DNA of 64,000 bases, from contig CM022675.1 of NCBI GenBank assembly GCA_012295275.1, positions 4,154,001 to 4,218,000 of the forward strand, in the 5' to 3' direction. The DNA is from Chrysomallon squamiferum. Taxonomy: Eukaryota; Animalia; Mollusca. Below the pieces are notes generated by a model. The model saw only the letters and a list, made by a program, of their open reading frames with translations. It ran no database searches and was not told the DNA's origin. Below are positions 45,247 through 58,520 of the stretch, in pieces (the stretch's first letter is position 1; the number at the start of each line of letters is the position of its first letter). The position numbers and the translations under genes were made by a program.

Positions 45247-45404
45247 TTATTCGGTTGTGTGGGTAACATTTACTCTGATTTTCATTACAGCTCCATAGCA
45301 GTCCATATATCCGTCCCATCGACAGACACACATCATGCGAGCCCAGCTCTCAGTCTTCATCACGTGAGCGCCCAGTTCCCAGCACTTGCCTTTGTACTGA
45401 CATT
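45247..45404 (-). CDS. Secreted Cys-rich protein A, last exon (ECQYKGKCWELGAHVMKTESWARMMCVCRWDGYMDCYGAVMKIRVNVTHTTE*)
   Basis: TTTCAG acceptor, phase 1; 25 of the first 38 aa identical to the paralogous exon 54461-54621. Confidence 0.92.
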
Positions 45405-46310
45405 CTGAAATGAATGAATTAAACGATAAATAGCAGATATTCATCTGTTCTTTCATTCAATTGGTCAGTCAGTCACAAAGTCCATTAGTGTGTCAGTCAG
45501 TCAGTCAGTCAGTCAGTCAGTCACATAGTCAATCAGTCACATAGTCAATCAGTCACATAGTCAGTCAGACAGTCATCAGATTAGTCAGTCAGACAGTCAG
45601 TAAGTCAATAAGTCAGTTAGACAGTCAGACAGACAGTCAGTAAGTTAATCAATCAACCAGTTAGTTATTCACAGAGTCACACGGTCGTTCATTTTGTTGA
45701 TCAGTCAGTCAAACACAGAGATTAGAGAAATAGAAATACAAAGAAAAAAATATCAAAGCAATAATTATTATAATACCATTTGTATGGATATCGCTGGTTC
45801 TAGCCCAGATCCAGGTTTGAATCATTTTACGGCTAATCTTTGCCAACCAAACAGCTGGCAACGATTACGGCTTATTTAACAAACATTTAATTTTGTATTC
45901 CTTGAGATAAATCATTTTCCAGTTCGCTGGTACCATAGAAAGTACCATGCATAGTCGTAGTACAAATGCTACAAAAAAGAAACCCGAGATCCCTATCATC
46001 AATCACTGATTTCAGAAATCATCTGGCGTGTTTGAGTCGACCTGAATAGTGACGTAACGGTCAGCTGATTAATATATTTATTATTTCCAGCGCAACGTTT
46101 CAATAACGTAAAGATCCCTGATATTATGAAGCAACTCACTAACTGTGTTATCAACTAAAACTGCATTAGCACTAAAACTGGATTGTGAGTAGAAGTGATA
46201 TAAATAATAATATTACTGGTTGTATTACAACTAGTAATCATAGTAGAAGTGGTAGTAATAGCAGATGTAGTAGTAGTAGTAGTAGTTGCAGTAGCAGTAG
46301 TAGAACTCAC

Positions 46311-46454
46311 CGTATCTATCTCTACACAGAGTTACAACAATGTTTGTTTGGCCAATTCCCTCCCATATTAATTCAGCCCGGTAGGAGGCGACACCACATG
46401 GAACGTTCAGTTTCTTGTTGTTATTGATTACCTTTATCATACCCACCATTATGT
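46311..46454 (-). CDS. Secreted Cys-rich protein A, exon 4 (YIMVGMIKVINNNKKLNVPCGVASYRAELIWEGIGQTNIVVTLCRDRY)
   Basis: TTGTAG acceptor, GTGAGT donor, 144 nt phase 1-1, same length as paralogous exon 55251-55394. Confidence 0.92.
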
Positions 46455-46794
46455 CTACAAGTAATAGCACATGTAGTAATATACTGTGAAGTATGTAAAT
46501 AAAAACACACATAATAAATACACTATAACGTTTACAAATAATAACATTTTATTTCTAACCACTATCCTTTTTTTTCTTATTATTTACACATTATTCCTCA
46601 CGGTTGAGTTGTATAGCTCATTTACATATTATTTCTCACTATTCTATGCTAAATTTAATTATTTATTTATTTTATTTACTTATTCATTTATTTTATTCAT
46701 TCATTCATTTTATTTTATTTATTTATTCATACATTTATTCATTCCCTTATTTAAAAAAATTTATATTTATTTATATTTATATATTTATACTTAC

Positions 46795-46944
46795 AAGAAT
46801 CGTCAGTGATGTCTAAACCTTTGTTACTACAGACAATGCGTGTTTCACCTCGAAATTTGATAGTGTGTACTATTTCCCCAAGTAGGAAATGACCCCACTC
46901 AGTTGTGCATTTCTTATCCAGCGCATTATAAGATGAATTAACAG
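46795..46944 (-). CDS. Secreted Cys-rich protein A, exon 3 (TVNSSYNALDKKCTTEWGHFLLGEIVHTIKFRGETRIVCSNKGLDITDDS)
   Basis: TTTCAG acceptor, GTAAGT donor, 150 nt phase 1-1, same length as paralogous exon 56040-56189. Confidence 0.92.
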
Positions 46945-47170
46945 CTGAAATTTATTTTGTAAACAGAGATATATAGAGAGGAACAAAAATACATACATAC
47001 AGAGGTGGATAGATAGACAGAATACAATTAAGTTGGAATATAACTGAACTGTTGAGTCAAAATAATATGACTCTCTCTCTAACACTTATATAGATATTTA
47101 ACATGGTTAAAGATTTCGATATTGGTCGTTATTGGCTAAAAGTACAAGTTAATACGTCTGCTAGTTTTTA

Positions 47171-47882
47171 CGTAAGGTCAAATGAACTCCCCGGCATCAC
47201 GTCACTGAAATGACACCTGTCAATCAAAAATGTCGTCTGGCTGATGAGTAAATATACACCCTCATATTTAGCTATTTTAATCTAGGTTACCGTGTACTGG
47301 AACTGGAAACAAATATTTTAGCCTTTTTAGTCGTGGTTAATGTGACATCACAATCAAGATGGTGCTGTCGAGTTCGGACAGTGACTTAATTATGATTTGT
47401 TTCACTGAGAAAGTTTGGCGCTAGGACAAAGAACTATAAAGTGATTCCCCGGAAAGAAGTGGGATATGATATCATCATTAAACAGAGATATAAAAGATCA
47501 GCTGAGAGAAGAATGGGAAATGACTATTACGGATTTCTCAGAGACTGGAAATGTTTATAGCCTGAAAATAAGTTTATATTTCAACAAGATGAGCAACCTG
47601 GTATAGAACTCGGTGATATTTGGAGGATGCAGATGCAGTATTCATAAAGTAGACTGAAAGTCCGGACTGTAATGCAATGGATTATTCTCGGACATAGACG
47701 GTGTAGGAAAGTCGTTGAATGGATAAGTTCACTGACAGAAAGACTAAAATCAAGAAAGATAATCCTTGAGGACATTCAGAACTACGTGGAAAATATAGAA
47801 CTTTTTATTCACGTGTTTCTGGAGACCAATAGGAAAATGAAATCATTACATTCCAGAACTGATTTACATTTTTCGCCTTACG
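47171..47882 (+). mobile_element. Internally deleted Tc1/mariner element in intron 2 of gene A
   Basis: TA|CGTAAGG...CCTTACG|TA inverted termini; decayed transposase pieces MVLSSSDSDLIMICFTEKVWR, FPGKKW and SPDCNAMDYS (compare the SPDLNPxDY motif). Confidence 0.7.
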
Positions 47883-47989
47883 TAAAAGCTACTAAAGATA
47901 TTAATTTGAAATCTTATTTCATTTTTATTTTGTTTTGATTTTTTACGAGGTGATACAGTTCTTTGCGTATTTGTGGATGTATGTATGTG

Positions 47990-48035
<46 letters not shown>

Positions 48036-48584
48036 CACACAAACACACACACGCACACGCACACACACGTACATACATATACATACATACATACATACAG
48101 TATGTATTTAGGACTGCGGATTAGACTGCACACAGACAATATTCGGGAACGCACTGGCGCAGGAGAACAAAGTCCAATCACAACCTCAGAAACACCATTA
48201 GATGCCGCCAACGCGATAAGAACGTACGGCACGCACTCGAAGTCATCAGAACAGACATTATTCATATGTATGTGTGTGTTTGTGTGTGTGAGAGTGTATG
48301 TGTATGTATATGTGTTTGTGTGAGTGTGTGTGTGCGTGTATGTGTAAGTGTGTGTGCGTGTGTCTGTGTGAGTGTGTGTGAGTCTGTGTGTGTTTGTGTG
48401 TGTGAGTGTGTGTGTTTATGTGTTTGTTCGAGTGTGTGTGCGTGTGTGAATGTATGTGTAAGTGTATGTGCGTGTGTGTTTGTGTGTGAGTGTGTTTGAG
48501 TTTGTGTGTGTGAGTGTGTGTGTTGTTTATGTGTGTGTGAGTGTGTGTGTGTGTGTGTGTGTATGAATTAAAAAAATCACTGAC

Positions 48585-48684
48585 TTATATTTAGACTATA
48601 ATCAGCGTTACAGATCACATTAGGGTCAGGCTTTACAGTCTGGAATGACGTCATCATCAATAGGAGAAGTGTCAGTGCTGCCAT
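48585..48684 (-). CDS. Secreted Cys-rich protein A, exon 2 with start codon and signal peptide (MAALTLLLLMMTSFQTVKPDPNVICNADYSLNI)
   Basis: TTGCAG acceptor at 48707, ATG at 48684, GTCAGT donor in phase 1; paralogous to 56735-56822. Spliced CDS is 552 nt, 183 aa. Confidence 0.9.
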
Positions 48685-48915
48685 CTGGAGAACAGGTAAG
48701 TAACACCTGCAAGTTGTAAAGTATCAGTGTAATAAAATATGTCATTCTGATTTATACTACTCACTGGAGAGGTGTCCAGTCAGTACAAAATTCTTTACAA
48801 GCCTGAGTTATCAACAGTGGACCATAACAGCACATTTCTGTTGTCAAAAATTCCAAACAGGGAGTAGATATATTGCGTTTTGTAATATAAATATATAAAT
48901 ATTCTCATGATTTTT

Positions 48916-48957
<42 letters not shown>

Positions 48958-49073
48958 TAATAATAATAGCAATAAAAGTAATAATAATAATAATATTATT
49001 ATTATTATTAGTAGTAGTATTGTTGTTGTTAATATTATTGTTGTTATTATTATTATTAGTGTTGTTGTTGTTG

Positions 49074-49104
<31 letters not shown>

Positions 49105-49499
49105 GACTTCTTTGTAACTGTTAATACAAATGGCTGATACTTGCTTTTCTTGTTTTTGGGAGGGAAAAAACATAAAATAAAAAATAAAAAGATAACTGTA
49201 GAATTATTTTTAATATTAACGACAACCCGTTGAAAACATGAAATAATTTCTGCTGGAAAACGCATTCGTATTTTCGTCTGTCACTAATTAGGTGTTTTTA
49301 CATGTCTGTTAGCGCTGTTGTGTTTTAACACAGACTCTGTTTCAGAAGGAAATGGTCTTACATCGAGGCTTGAGTGTCTTAAGCAGAACAAACTATTAAA
49401 AACGTGAACAAACTGTTAAAGTCGTTTTCCTACAGTGTCTACAACGTCATCTATCACCATGACGACATCAGTGTTCCTCACCTTGCGGTGCTGCCACCT

Positions 49500-49740
49500 A
49501 CATAAGTTACCTCCCCTTGTTAACAACTAATTGAATCGTATTCAGCTAACACAGATTTACGATAATTTGGTGGATAGCTTGAAAAATGGCTGCCATTTTG
49601 GAATTTCAACAAGCTAGCTGATTTAAAGAAAAAATTAAAATATCCTCCGACAGAATTCATGTCACCTAAAATGGCATAGTCATCATTTAAAGAATGACCT
49701 ATATTATCATCAAGAAATGTCATCTAAAATGAAATAATTA
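49500..49740. mobile_element. Repeat/MITE fragment containing AAAATGGCCGCCATCTTGGA-like motif, shared with 57745-57870 and related to 60230-60350
   Basis: Present at the equivalent intron-1 position in both paralogues; similar motif recurs at about 60266. Confidence 0.4.
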
Positions 49741-50052
49741 TCGTTTGGTTTATTAAAACATATTATCAGCTTTCTGCACCCCTACCCCAACACATTGATT
49801 TAATATAACACAAACTCACTTAACACAGTTTGTGTGATTTTGAAGAATCAACTAAATTTAATTAGTTAAAAATTCGTGGACGTACTTTTTGTCTGAATGT
49901 CACTCAATAGAGACACTTTTTATAACTCAGTGCAGAATTCCTGAAGATGCCTTAACTGATAAAATGGATATAAATGTCTTACAAACAAGAAAAAATAAAA
50001 TAAAAGTAAAAATAATAACAATAACAATAATAATAATAATAATAATAATAAC

Positions 50053-50094
<42 letters not shown>

Positions 50095-50811
50095 TGATAA
50101 AACATTTATGTCTAATATAAGTTCATGAAAGCAAAGTTAACAAACAGATAGACACTGCAATATAAATATAATATCTTGTGACATTCCAAAACCGAATTGC
50201 TATTGTTTAAGTAAACTGAACAAAAAATATTCACTATCTAACCTATTGGATTTGATCATTCGTGTGTATAGACAAGATTTATATAATAAATATAATCAAT
50301 AACCTGTTACCGATCACTGACTGTTTCAGATTGCTGCTAGTCATCGATCCAACTAACAAAGTTATTCTTAAACATCTGCAGTATCGCTTAAACACATTTG
50401 ACTATCAAAACTTTATTTTATTTCAATCTTAAACTGTGAATTTTATTGTTGAAAAATGTATTTAGTCAGTTGAAAAGAAAAAGAAAGGTAAATGTTTAAA
50501 CAAAGTAGGGGAATAAATCAATCAATAAAAGAACAAACAAAAAACAACAACAAAACATACAAAAATAAATCATATCGATAATAACAATGCTTATGCTGCT
50601 GCTGATGATGATGATTATAATGATGATGATGACGATGAGATGATAACGAAACAAATTAACAAACAAACGAATAAATAAATAAAAAAAAAAAAAATAAACA
50701 AACGAACAAAAAACAAACAAATATATAAAAAAAATAATCGCAATAATAATGATGACGGTAACAATATTAATAAATAAAAAGTTAAAAAGAAAAATGTAAA
50801 ATAAAACTTAC

Positions 50812-50970
50812 ACTGAACAAATGTTACCTACGTGTAAAACTGTCATTCTGAAAATACCAAAGTACGACGTGTGAACATCTGTGCAACGTAAATATGTAAA
50901 CCATTCTTTATAAACATTACACTAAAAAAAGATATTCTGGGCGTAAACTAGGGTGAGATGTTGCATTAAA
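50812..50970 (-). promoter_or_regulatory. Gene A TATA promoter (TATAAAG at 50906-50912) and probably non-coding exon 1 (about 50880-50812)
   Basis: GTAAGT donor at 50811; block conserved with 58353-58520, including AAAAAAGATATTCTGGGCGTAAAC; the paralogous exon is closed in all three frames. Confidence 0.7.
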
Positions 50971-51258
50971 AGGGTGTGGTATATCATGTGACAGACACCG
51001 ACCCCCAAGGAGAAATTCTTGAAGGGGGGACTGCTTATCAATCAGTTTCACACGTTACATTCAATTATAAATTTAGACAATTATCGATTCTGTGAGACTT
51101 GAATTATTTTATTCCCTGCTAAAAAAAAAACGTAATTTAAATGTAGAAAATAAAGTAAAGAAAATAATGTTAAAACAGGCGCAATGGAAAAATATAATTT
51201 TTTAATTAAGGGTCATTTTTAAGTTAAAGATAGCTACTATAAAATTTTATCACTTTAT

Positions 51259-51374
<116 letters not shown>

Positions 51375-52458
51375 AGACAGAGAGAGAGATAGAGAGAGAG
51401 GACATACACACATACATGAAATAAACTAGATGCATGACTATACTGAATTACGTTTCAACAACAAGAACCAAATAATTCTGATGTCACATGTTACAGTCTA
51501 CTTGACTATTACACTTGACTATTACAAATCTGAATAAAAACTGATATTTTTATTATCGCAACGAAATTTCACCTCAACACATGCATTTCCATATGCAGTC
51601 AGTACTGAAAATATTAATATGTACATTACTGTCATGTGATATAATAATTTAAAAACGATCTGTTTTTAATGTAACATGCCTGTCTTTTTTTTGTTAAATA
51701 TATTTCTATTGTACTTTTTTGTACTTTTTTAATTTATATTTTAGTATGCATGTTTTAATAAATATATTTTATGTTTTAATACATCATTTATTTTTTAATA
51801 CATATTTTATTTTTAATAGTTGTAACATATTCATATTTTATTGTTAATACTTTTTAATATACAGTATATTTATTACAGATATTTTTGTAGATACATTTTA
51901 TTACACATTTTTTTTATTTACAATACTTTTTAATACATACTTTGGTTTACATATTTTAATAGTACGTTTTTTTATGTAATTTGTATACGTATATAATGAA
52001 ATATATTTTTAGATTAAAAACTGGTCATGTAAAGGTTATTGTGTGTTTAATGTGAAATAACAGTTGTACAAACAATAAACAGAAATGGGATACTTATTTC
52101 TTTATTTATATACCCTAAACAAATAAAAGAGAAATTTCGTAATAATCACACACACACACACACACCCACATACAGACATACACAGACACGCACACACATA
52201 CATACACAAACACGCACACACACATACACACATACAGACACGCATACACATATACACGCACACAAAGAAACACACAAACACATACACACATACACAAACA
52301 CACACACATACAAAAACACAAACACACACGCACGCACACACACACATACCTATAGTAAATATAAAAGAAATTTCTTATACACCTTTTCTATGAAACTAGT
52401 TTTTTATACAAACCTTTTTATGTACAAATAAAACAAAACTTAAATGAATGTTTATATA

Positions 52459-52493
<35 letters not shown>

Positions 52494-52866
52494 GTATATA
52501 TATGATTAGGGTTAGGGTGGGTACATTCAAATGTTATATCTGTCTATGGAATAGTTCATAGTAATATTATTATACATTGTATTCTAATAACAGTATTGGT
52601 TGTATTTTCGTTGTTTTTATTTAAATACGTGTATGTGTGTTTGTGTTAAGATTTGAACGAATAGGAAATTATTATAAAAATTATGTAATTAATAAAATAA
52701 TGATAATAAAATAGATAAAATAAAAAAAAAGTGTTGTTTTTTTTCTAACCTGTAAAGTTCAGAGAATTAAATAAAATATAATGAAGTAAACAAACAAACA
52801 AACATGCCAATAAAATAAAATAAAATAAAATAAAATAAATAAATAAATAAATAAATAAATAAAATG

Positions 52867-52899
<33 letters not shown>

Positions 52900-52975
52900 T
52901 AATAATAATAAAAAACATTCCTTTTATTTTATACATATATTAAAATGTATTCATTGTATACGTATACAAATTATA

Positions 52976-53187
52976 CAGGGAGGTGCAAAAGCAAGCATAC
53001 AGTAGTATGACATCAGTGAATTTAATAGCACATTAAATTAGTTGGACTCATTTTTTCTTATTTTGAGTGACATTAACCATATTTTATTTAAATTAATAAA
53101 AATGCATGTATTTTTATATTAGCTTTTTTGTTTGAATAATAAATGTTTTCTTTTTTCATATCTGTATACCTACTTTTGCAAACCCTG
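52976..53187. mobile_element. Tc1/mariner-type MITE of about 212 bp
   Basis: TA|CAGGGAGGTGCAAAAGCAAGCATACAG ... CTGTATACCTACTTTTGCAAACCCTG|TA imperfect TIRs with TA duplication. Confidence 0.8.
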
Positions 53188-53747
53188 TATATAAAATGTA
53201 CACAAAAATATACTATTAAAATATGTAAACCAAAGTATGTATCAAAAAGTATGGTAAATAAAAAAATGTTGTAACGTATACTCCAAACGTTGCTATAACC
53301 AGCTTCACAAAAGACAAAAAAACAACAGATTTAATAAATTTTAGCCATTCATGTTCACATTATTCATTGTTATAATCATTCAGCAATAATTCATATATAT
53401 ATATATATATAGATATATAAGGGAGACAACTTTTTAGCGTTTTTCAGTTATTAGTTTTTAACCAAAACGTTATCATTGTTAACTGATCACTCAGACCGCA
53501 AATTTATCCAGTTCTCCATTTAATATATTCAAAGTAGCTGACTTTTTAGTTGACAACAGAAACCTCATAAATTGATTTTTTTTAGGTCTGAAATCTCACT
53601 ACCATATAATAAAACAAGTTTTGCCAGATTAATGAACTTGTACAGAAAAAGTATGACATTATTTCTTTCTTTTTTTTCATTTTTTTTTTTCAATATGATG
53701 CACATAGATTAGGGGCTTGTAACAATAATATATTAATTCTTCTTCTT

Positions 53748-53824
<77 letters not shown>

Positions 53825-53905
53825 TGTTGTTGTTATTATTTATGCATTAGTTATTTTATTTTATTTATTTATTTAATTAATTTATTTATTTATTCATTCA
53901 TTCAT

Positions 53906-53940
<35 letters not shown>

Positions 53941-54165
53941 TTTTATTTATTTATTTATTTATTTATTTTTTATTTATTATATTTGTTTTACTAAACTAAT
54001 TCCATGACAGTGCTGTATTTTGAATGTTTGGTAAAGATTATTAAGAAACAATGAAGCCAGTGAGACTGATAAGTTTCCCCTTGCCTCACACAACATTAAC
54101 AACCACACTTAACTTAATATGATTTAATTATTAAATAATCTGAAAATATTAACCTATTATAGCGT

Positions 54166-54281
<116 letters not shown>

Positions 54282-54460
54282 GTTTTTATTATTATTATCA
54301 TCATTATCATTATTACTATTATTATATTATTATTATTATTATATTATTATTATTATTATTATTATCATTATTATTATTATTATCATTCCTTTTTAAATTT
54401 ACTATCAGTTCTTTTCAGATAGTTTTATATCACAACACACTACACTGTTTCGTTTCAAAT

Positions 54461-54621
54461 TTAATTTCTGCCTTTAATGGTCAGGTTTTTTCTCGTTTTT
54501 CCTATCGGACCGTAACAAGTGAAGTAAGCGTCCCAGCCACAGATACATATCTTGTGCGCCCAGCTCTCAGTCTTCATCACGTGATTTCCCAGCTCCCAGC
54601 ACTTGTCGTTATAGCGACACT
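54461..54621 (-). CDS. Secreted Cys-rich protein B, last exon (KCRYNDKCWELGNHVMKTESWAHKICICGWDAYFTCYGPIGKTRKNLTIKGRN*)
   Basis: TTTCAG acceptor, phase 1, paralogous to 45247-45404. Confidence 0.92.
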
Positions 54622-55250
54622 CTGAAATTAACATATTCATAAGCCTGACGTGAAGAGAGTCATTCTTTCTGTTAGTCAAATGATCAGCAAGTCTGTGAGT
54701 CAGTCAGTGTGTTTGTTGTTCAGTCAGTTTGTCTGTCAGTCAGTCTGTAATTCCGTCGATCAGTATATTAATTAGTCTGTTAGTTAGTTCGTCTGTCGGT
54801 GAATAAATAAATGTATAAATCAAGTCCAGGTACTGATATTTCTTCAAAGATTAGTTTTGAGAATAAGATCAGAGTCTAAGAAAGAGAAGTTGCACTGATA
54901 GTAATAATACCTGATGTAATAGTAGAAATAAAATTACTAGAACTAGTAGAAGTCAAAGCAGCAGTACAACAGCTAGCAAGCACTACTGATACTAGTAGTC
55001 GTACTGATGACCGTAAAAGTAGAGTAGTAATAGTAGTACTAGCACACTAGACATAAATGGATTCTAAGTATTAGTATTACTAGTAATAGTCATAGTATTA
55101 TGGTAGTAATAATTAATAGAATGAGTAAAAGTAGTAGTATGTATATATTAATAGAATGATAGTAGTAGTAGTAGTAGTAGAAGTAGTAGCAGCAGTAAAA
55201 GCTGAAATAGTAGTAGCAGTAGTAGTTGAGGTTGAGGTAGCAGTACTCAC

Positions 55251-55394
55251 TATAGTTATCTCTGCAAACAGATAAAACTAAAATTTGTTCCCCATTTGTT
55301 CCTGATATTATTTTTCCTTTGTACAACGCAACACCACAGGGTAGTTTCATTTGCTTCCCCGAAGCGGTTACGTTCACATCATCCATTAGGTAAT
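55251..55394 (-). CDS. Secreted Cys-rich protein B, exon 4 (YYLMDDVNVTASGKQMKLPCGVALYKGKIISGTNGEQILVLSVCRDNY)
   Basis: TTACAG acceptor, GTGAGT donor, 144 nt. Confidence 0.92.
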
Positions 55395-55397
55395 CTG

Positions 55398-55880
55398 TAA
55401 ATAATAGCACACGTAATGACACACGTAGTAAATACACTGTGACGTATATAAATAATAGCGAGTAATTTACACATAACATACGTAGTAAATACACTGTGAC
55501 GTATATAAATAATAGCACACGTAATTTACACATAACATACGTAGTAAATACACTGTGACGTATATAAATAATAGCACATGTAATTAATACAGTTACGTTT
55601 ACACGTAATAACACACGTAGTAAATAAACTGTGACGTATATAAATATTATCACACGTAACTAACACTGTTACGTTTACACGTAATAACACACGTAGTAAA
55701 TAAACTGTGACGTATATAAATATTATCACACGTAACTAACACTGTTACGTTTACACATAACATACGTAGTAAATACGCTGTGACGTATATAAATATTAGC
55801 ACACGTAATTAACACTGTTACGTTTACACGTAATAATATACGTAGTAAATACACTGTGACGTATATAAATATTACCACAC
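55398..55880. repeat. About 60-70 bp intronic minisatellite (CGTAGTAAATACACTGTGACGTATATAAATA...)
   Basis: About 7 copies abutting the acceptor of gene B exon 4. Confidence 0.9.
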
Positions 55881-55994
55881 TGATACTTTATTTCTAATAC
55901 TTTATATCTTATTTACATATTTTCACAATTCTCTTCTGTGTCTCCTTTATAATATTTCTTACCAGTTTATTAAAAGGAACAATGTTTTTCTTTT

Positions 55995-56026
<32 letters not shown>

Positions 56027-56039
56027 TTGTTGTACTTAC

Positions 56040-56189
56040 AGGAGTCCTGAGTTATGTCCACGCCGGTGTCTGTACAGGTGAGATGTGTCTCGCCATGAAA
56101 TTTCACTTTGTGAATTAGAGTTCCGTTGTTGAAAATTCCCCATTTTGTCTTGCATCTCTTAGTAGGCGCGTCGAACATGGATTTAAAAG
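56040..56189 (-). CDS. Secreted Cys-rich protein B, exon 3 (AFKSMFDAPTKRCKTKWGIFNNGTLIHKVKFHGETHLTCTDTGVDITQDS)
   Basis: TTTCAG acceptor, GTAAGT donor, 150 nt. Confidence 0.92.
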
Positions 56190-56364
56190 CTGAAAGATTT
56201 GACAGATGTAGACAGACAGACTGACAGACACACAGGCTGACAGACAGACAGACAGACAGACACACAGGCTGACAGACAGACAGACTGACAGACACACAGG
56301 CTGCAATATGTCATCTTTTAATAATTACTTATTTCCGAAATGATTACACAAAGAAGACAGTCCG

Positions 56365-56450
<86 letters not shown>

Positions 56451-56454
56451 CCCT

Positions 56455-56549
<95 letters not shown>

Positions 56550-56734
56550 TGTTGTGTGGTTAAAGAGTTAGGTCAGGTCGGTCCTATTCATTCTTTCTTT
56601 GTAAATACAGCTGCGAATACAATCTAAAGAAAGAACGTTACTAATTATAATTATCCCAGAAAAAAAAAACAACAACAAAAAAACAAACAATTTCAACAGT
56701 GTGTATGTGTCTGTGTAAGTTAAAAATCACTAAC

Positions 56735-56822
56735 CCAGCTTATACTGTTCGGTACAGTTAAGGTCAGAGTGTAAAAGGGGCAATGACGTCATCAGCAGTA
56801 GGAAAACTCTCAGTGCTGCCAT
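56735..56822 (-). CDS. Secreted Cys-rich protein B, exon 2 with start codon and signal peptide (MAALRVFLLLMTSLPLLHSDLNCTEQYKL)
   Basis: TTGCAG acceptor at about 56845, ATG at 56822, GTTAGT donor in phase 1. Spliced CDS is 543 nt, 180 aa. Confidence 0.9.
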
Positions 56823-57047
56823 CTGGAGAAATTTTGAATATCACCTGCAAGTCACATAAAAAATAATATAAAAATAAAAACAAAATTGAAAAAGAAATGA
56901 TAAAATAATTCATGATTTATACAGCCTGTATTATACACGTGTCATGTGACCAAAAGCCTGTCTCCTACGACTGTTGTTTACAAGCCCGGTAACTTCTCAG
57001 CTCCTTAAAATAACAATATCTTTTAACCAAACATAAATAAATAAATA

Positions 57048-57510
57048 AAGTAGACATTTCAGGGTGACAAATTGTACACTAAATAGACATTTTAGGGGTG
57101 ACAGATTGTACACTAAGTAGACATTTCAGGGGTGAGAAATTGTACACTAAGTAGACATTTCTGGGTGACAAATTGTACACTAGTAAACATTTCAATGTGA
57201 CAAATTGTACACTAAGTAGACATTTCAGGAGTGAGAAATTGTACACTAAGTAGACATTTCAGGGTGACAAATTGTACACTGAGTAGACATTTCAGGGGTG
57301 ACAAATTGTACACTAAGTAGACATTTCAGGGTGACATATTGTACACTAAGTAAACATTTCAGGGTGACAAATTGTACACTAAGTAGACATTTCAGGGGTG
57401 ACAAATTGTACACTAAGTAGACATTTCAGGGATGACAAATTGTACACTAAGTAGACATTTCAGGGGTGACAAATTGTACACTAAGTAGAAATTTCAGGGG
57501 TGACAAATTG
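57048..57510. repeat. 33-34 bp minisatellite (AAGTAGACATTTCAGGGTGACAAATTGTACACT) in gene B intron 1
   Basis: About 14 head-to-tail copies with no spacers. Confidence 0.95.
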
Positions 57511-58352
57511 GATATAATGCTTGGTTATGGTATTTTCTAAAGTCTGTTCCAGAAGAAAAGATATTACTTTAATATTTTATGATAAATATGGTTGCGTTTG
57601 CAGACGACGTCAGTTCTGTTAATACAGTATTGTTGTTCAATTAATATCGTCCAAACAGTATCATCTAAAATAACATTTAATTTATCACCATGACAACATC
57701 AATTTTTCTACACCATACAGTACTGACTTCTAATTAACATACCTCACCCTACAAAATTAACAACAGCTAAAAAATATATATATATTTAAAACAAATTTCG
57801 ATAATTCGATGGCTGTCTTGAAAAATGGCCGCCATCTTGGAATTTCAGGCAGCTAGCTGATTTAAAGCAGAGACACAAAGTTCATGGAGATGTTTTAAAT
57901 AGCAAAAAAATAACAGTGATAATGATAATGATGACTACGACGACGATGATGTTAATAATAACTAATAATAAATGCGTGGTAACTGTCCAAACAAACAAAC
58001 GAACAACCAAACAAAGAAACAAAATTAAATTAATTAATTAATTAATAAACAAATAAATAAGCAAATTAAATAAATAAATAAATAAATAAACAAACAAATA
58101 AATAAGTAAGTAAATAAACAAAAAAAAAAACAAATAAATAAATAAGTAAATAAACAAACAAACAAATTGGTAAATAAATAAATAAACAAATAAGTAAATA
58201 AACAAATAAATAAGTAAAGAAACATATAAGTAAATAAACAAACAAACAAACAAACAAATAAATAAACAAACAAATAAGTAAATAAACAAACAAATAAATA
58301 AATAAATAAACAGAATATGTAAAAATACTAATTAAAGATAAGTGAAACTTAC

Positions 58353-58520
58353 ACAAAGCTCGGTCTAGATATGACGTGTACAAGTTTTATTCAGTAGATA
58401 TCAAAGTACGATGTGTGAACATCTGCGTAGCGTTAATATGTAAACCAGTTTTTAAAAACATTACACAACAAAAAAGATATTCTGGGCGTAAACAAGGGTG
58501 AGAGGTCGTATTAAAAGGGA
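58353..58520 (-). promoter_or_regulatory. Gene B promoter and non-coding exon 1 (about 58425-58353)
   Basis: GTAAGT donor at 58352; aligns with 50812-50970; the TATA position reads TTTAAAA. Confidence 0.65.

Noticed and set aside
48646-48653. Conserved CRE (TGACGTCA) in both paralogues as a promoter element
   Set aside because: It lies within the signal-peptide coding sequence (Met-Thr-Ser codons), which explains its conservation.
57048-57510. 33-34 bp direct repeats of CRISPR-like length
   Set aside because: Head-to-tail with no unique spacers, no cas genes, inside a eukaryotic intron; an ordinary minisatellite.
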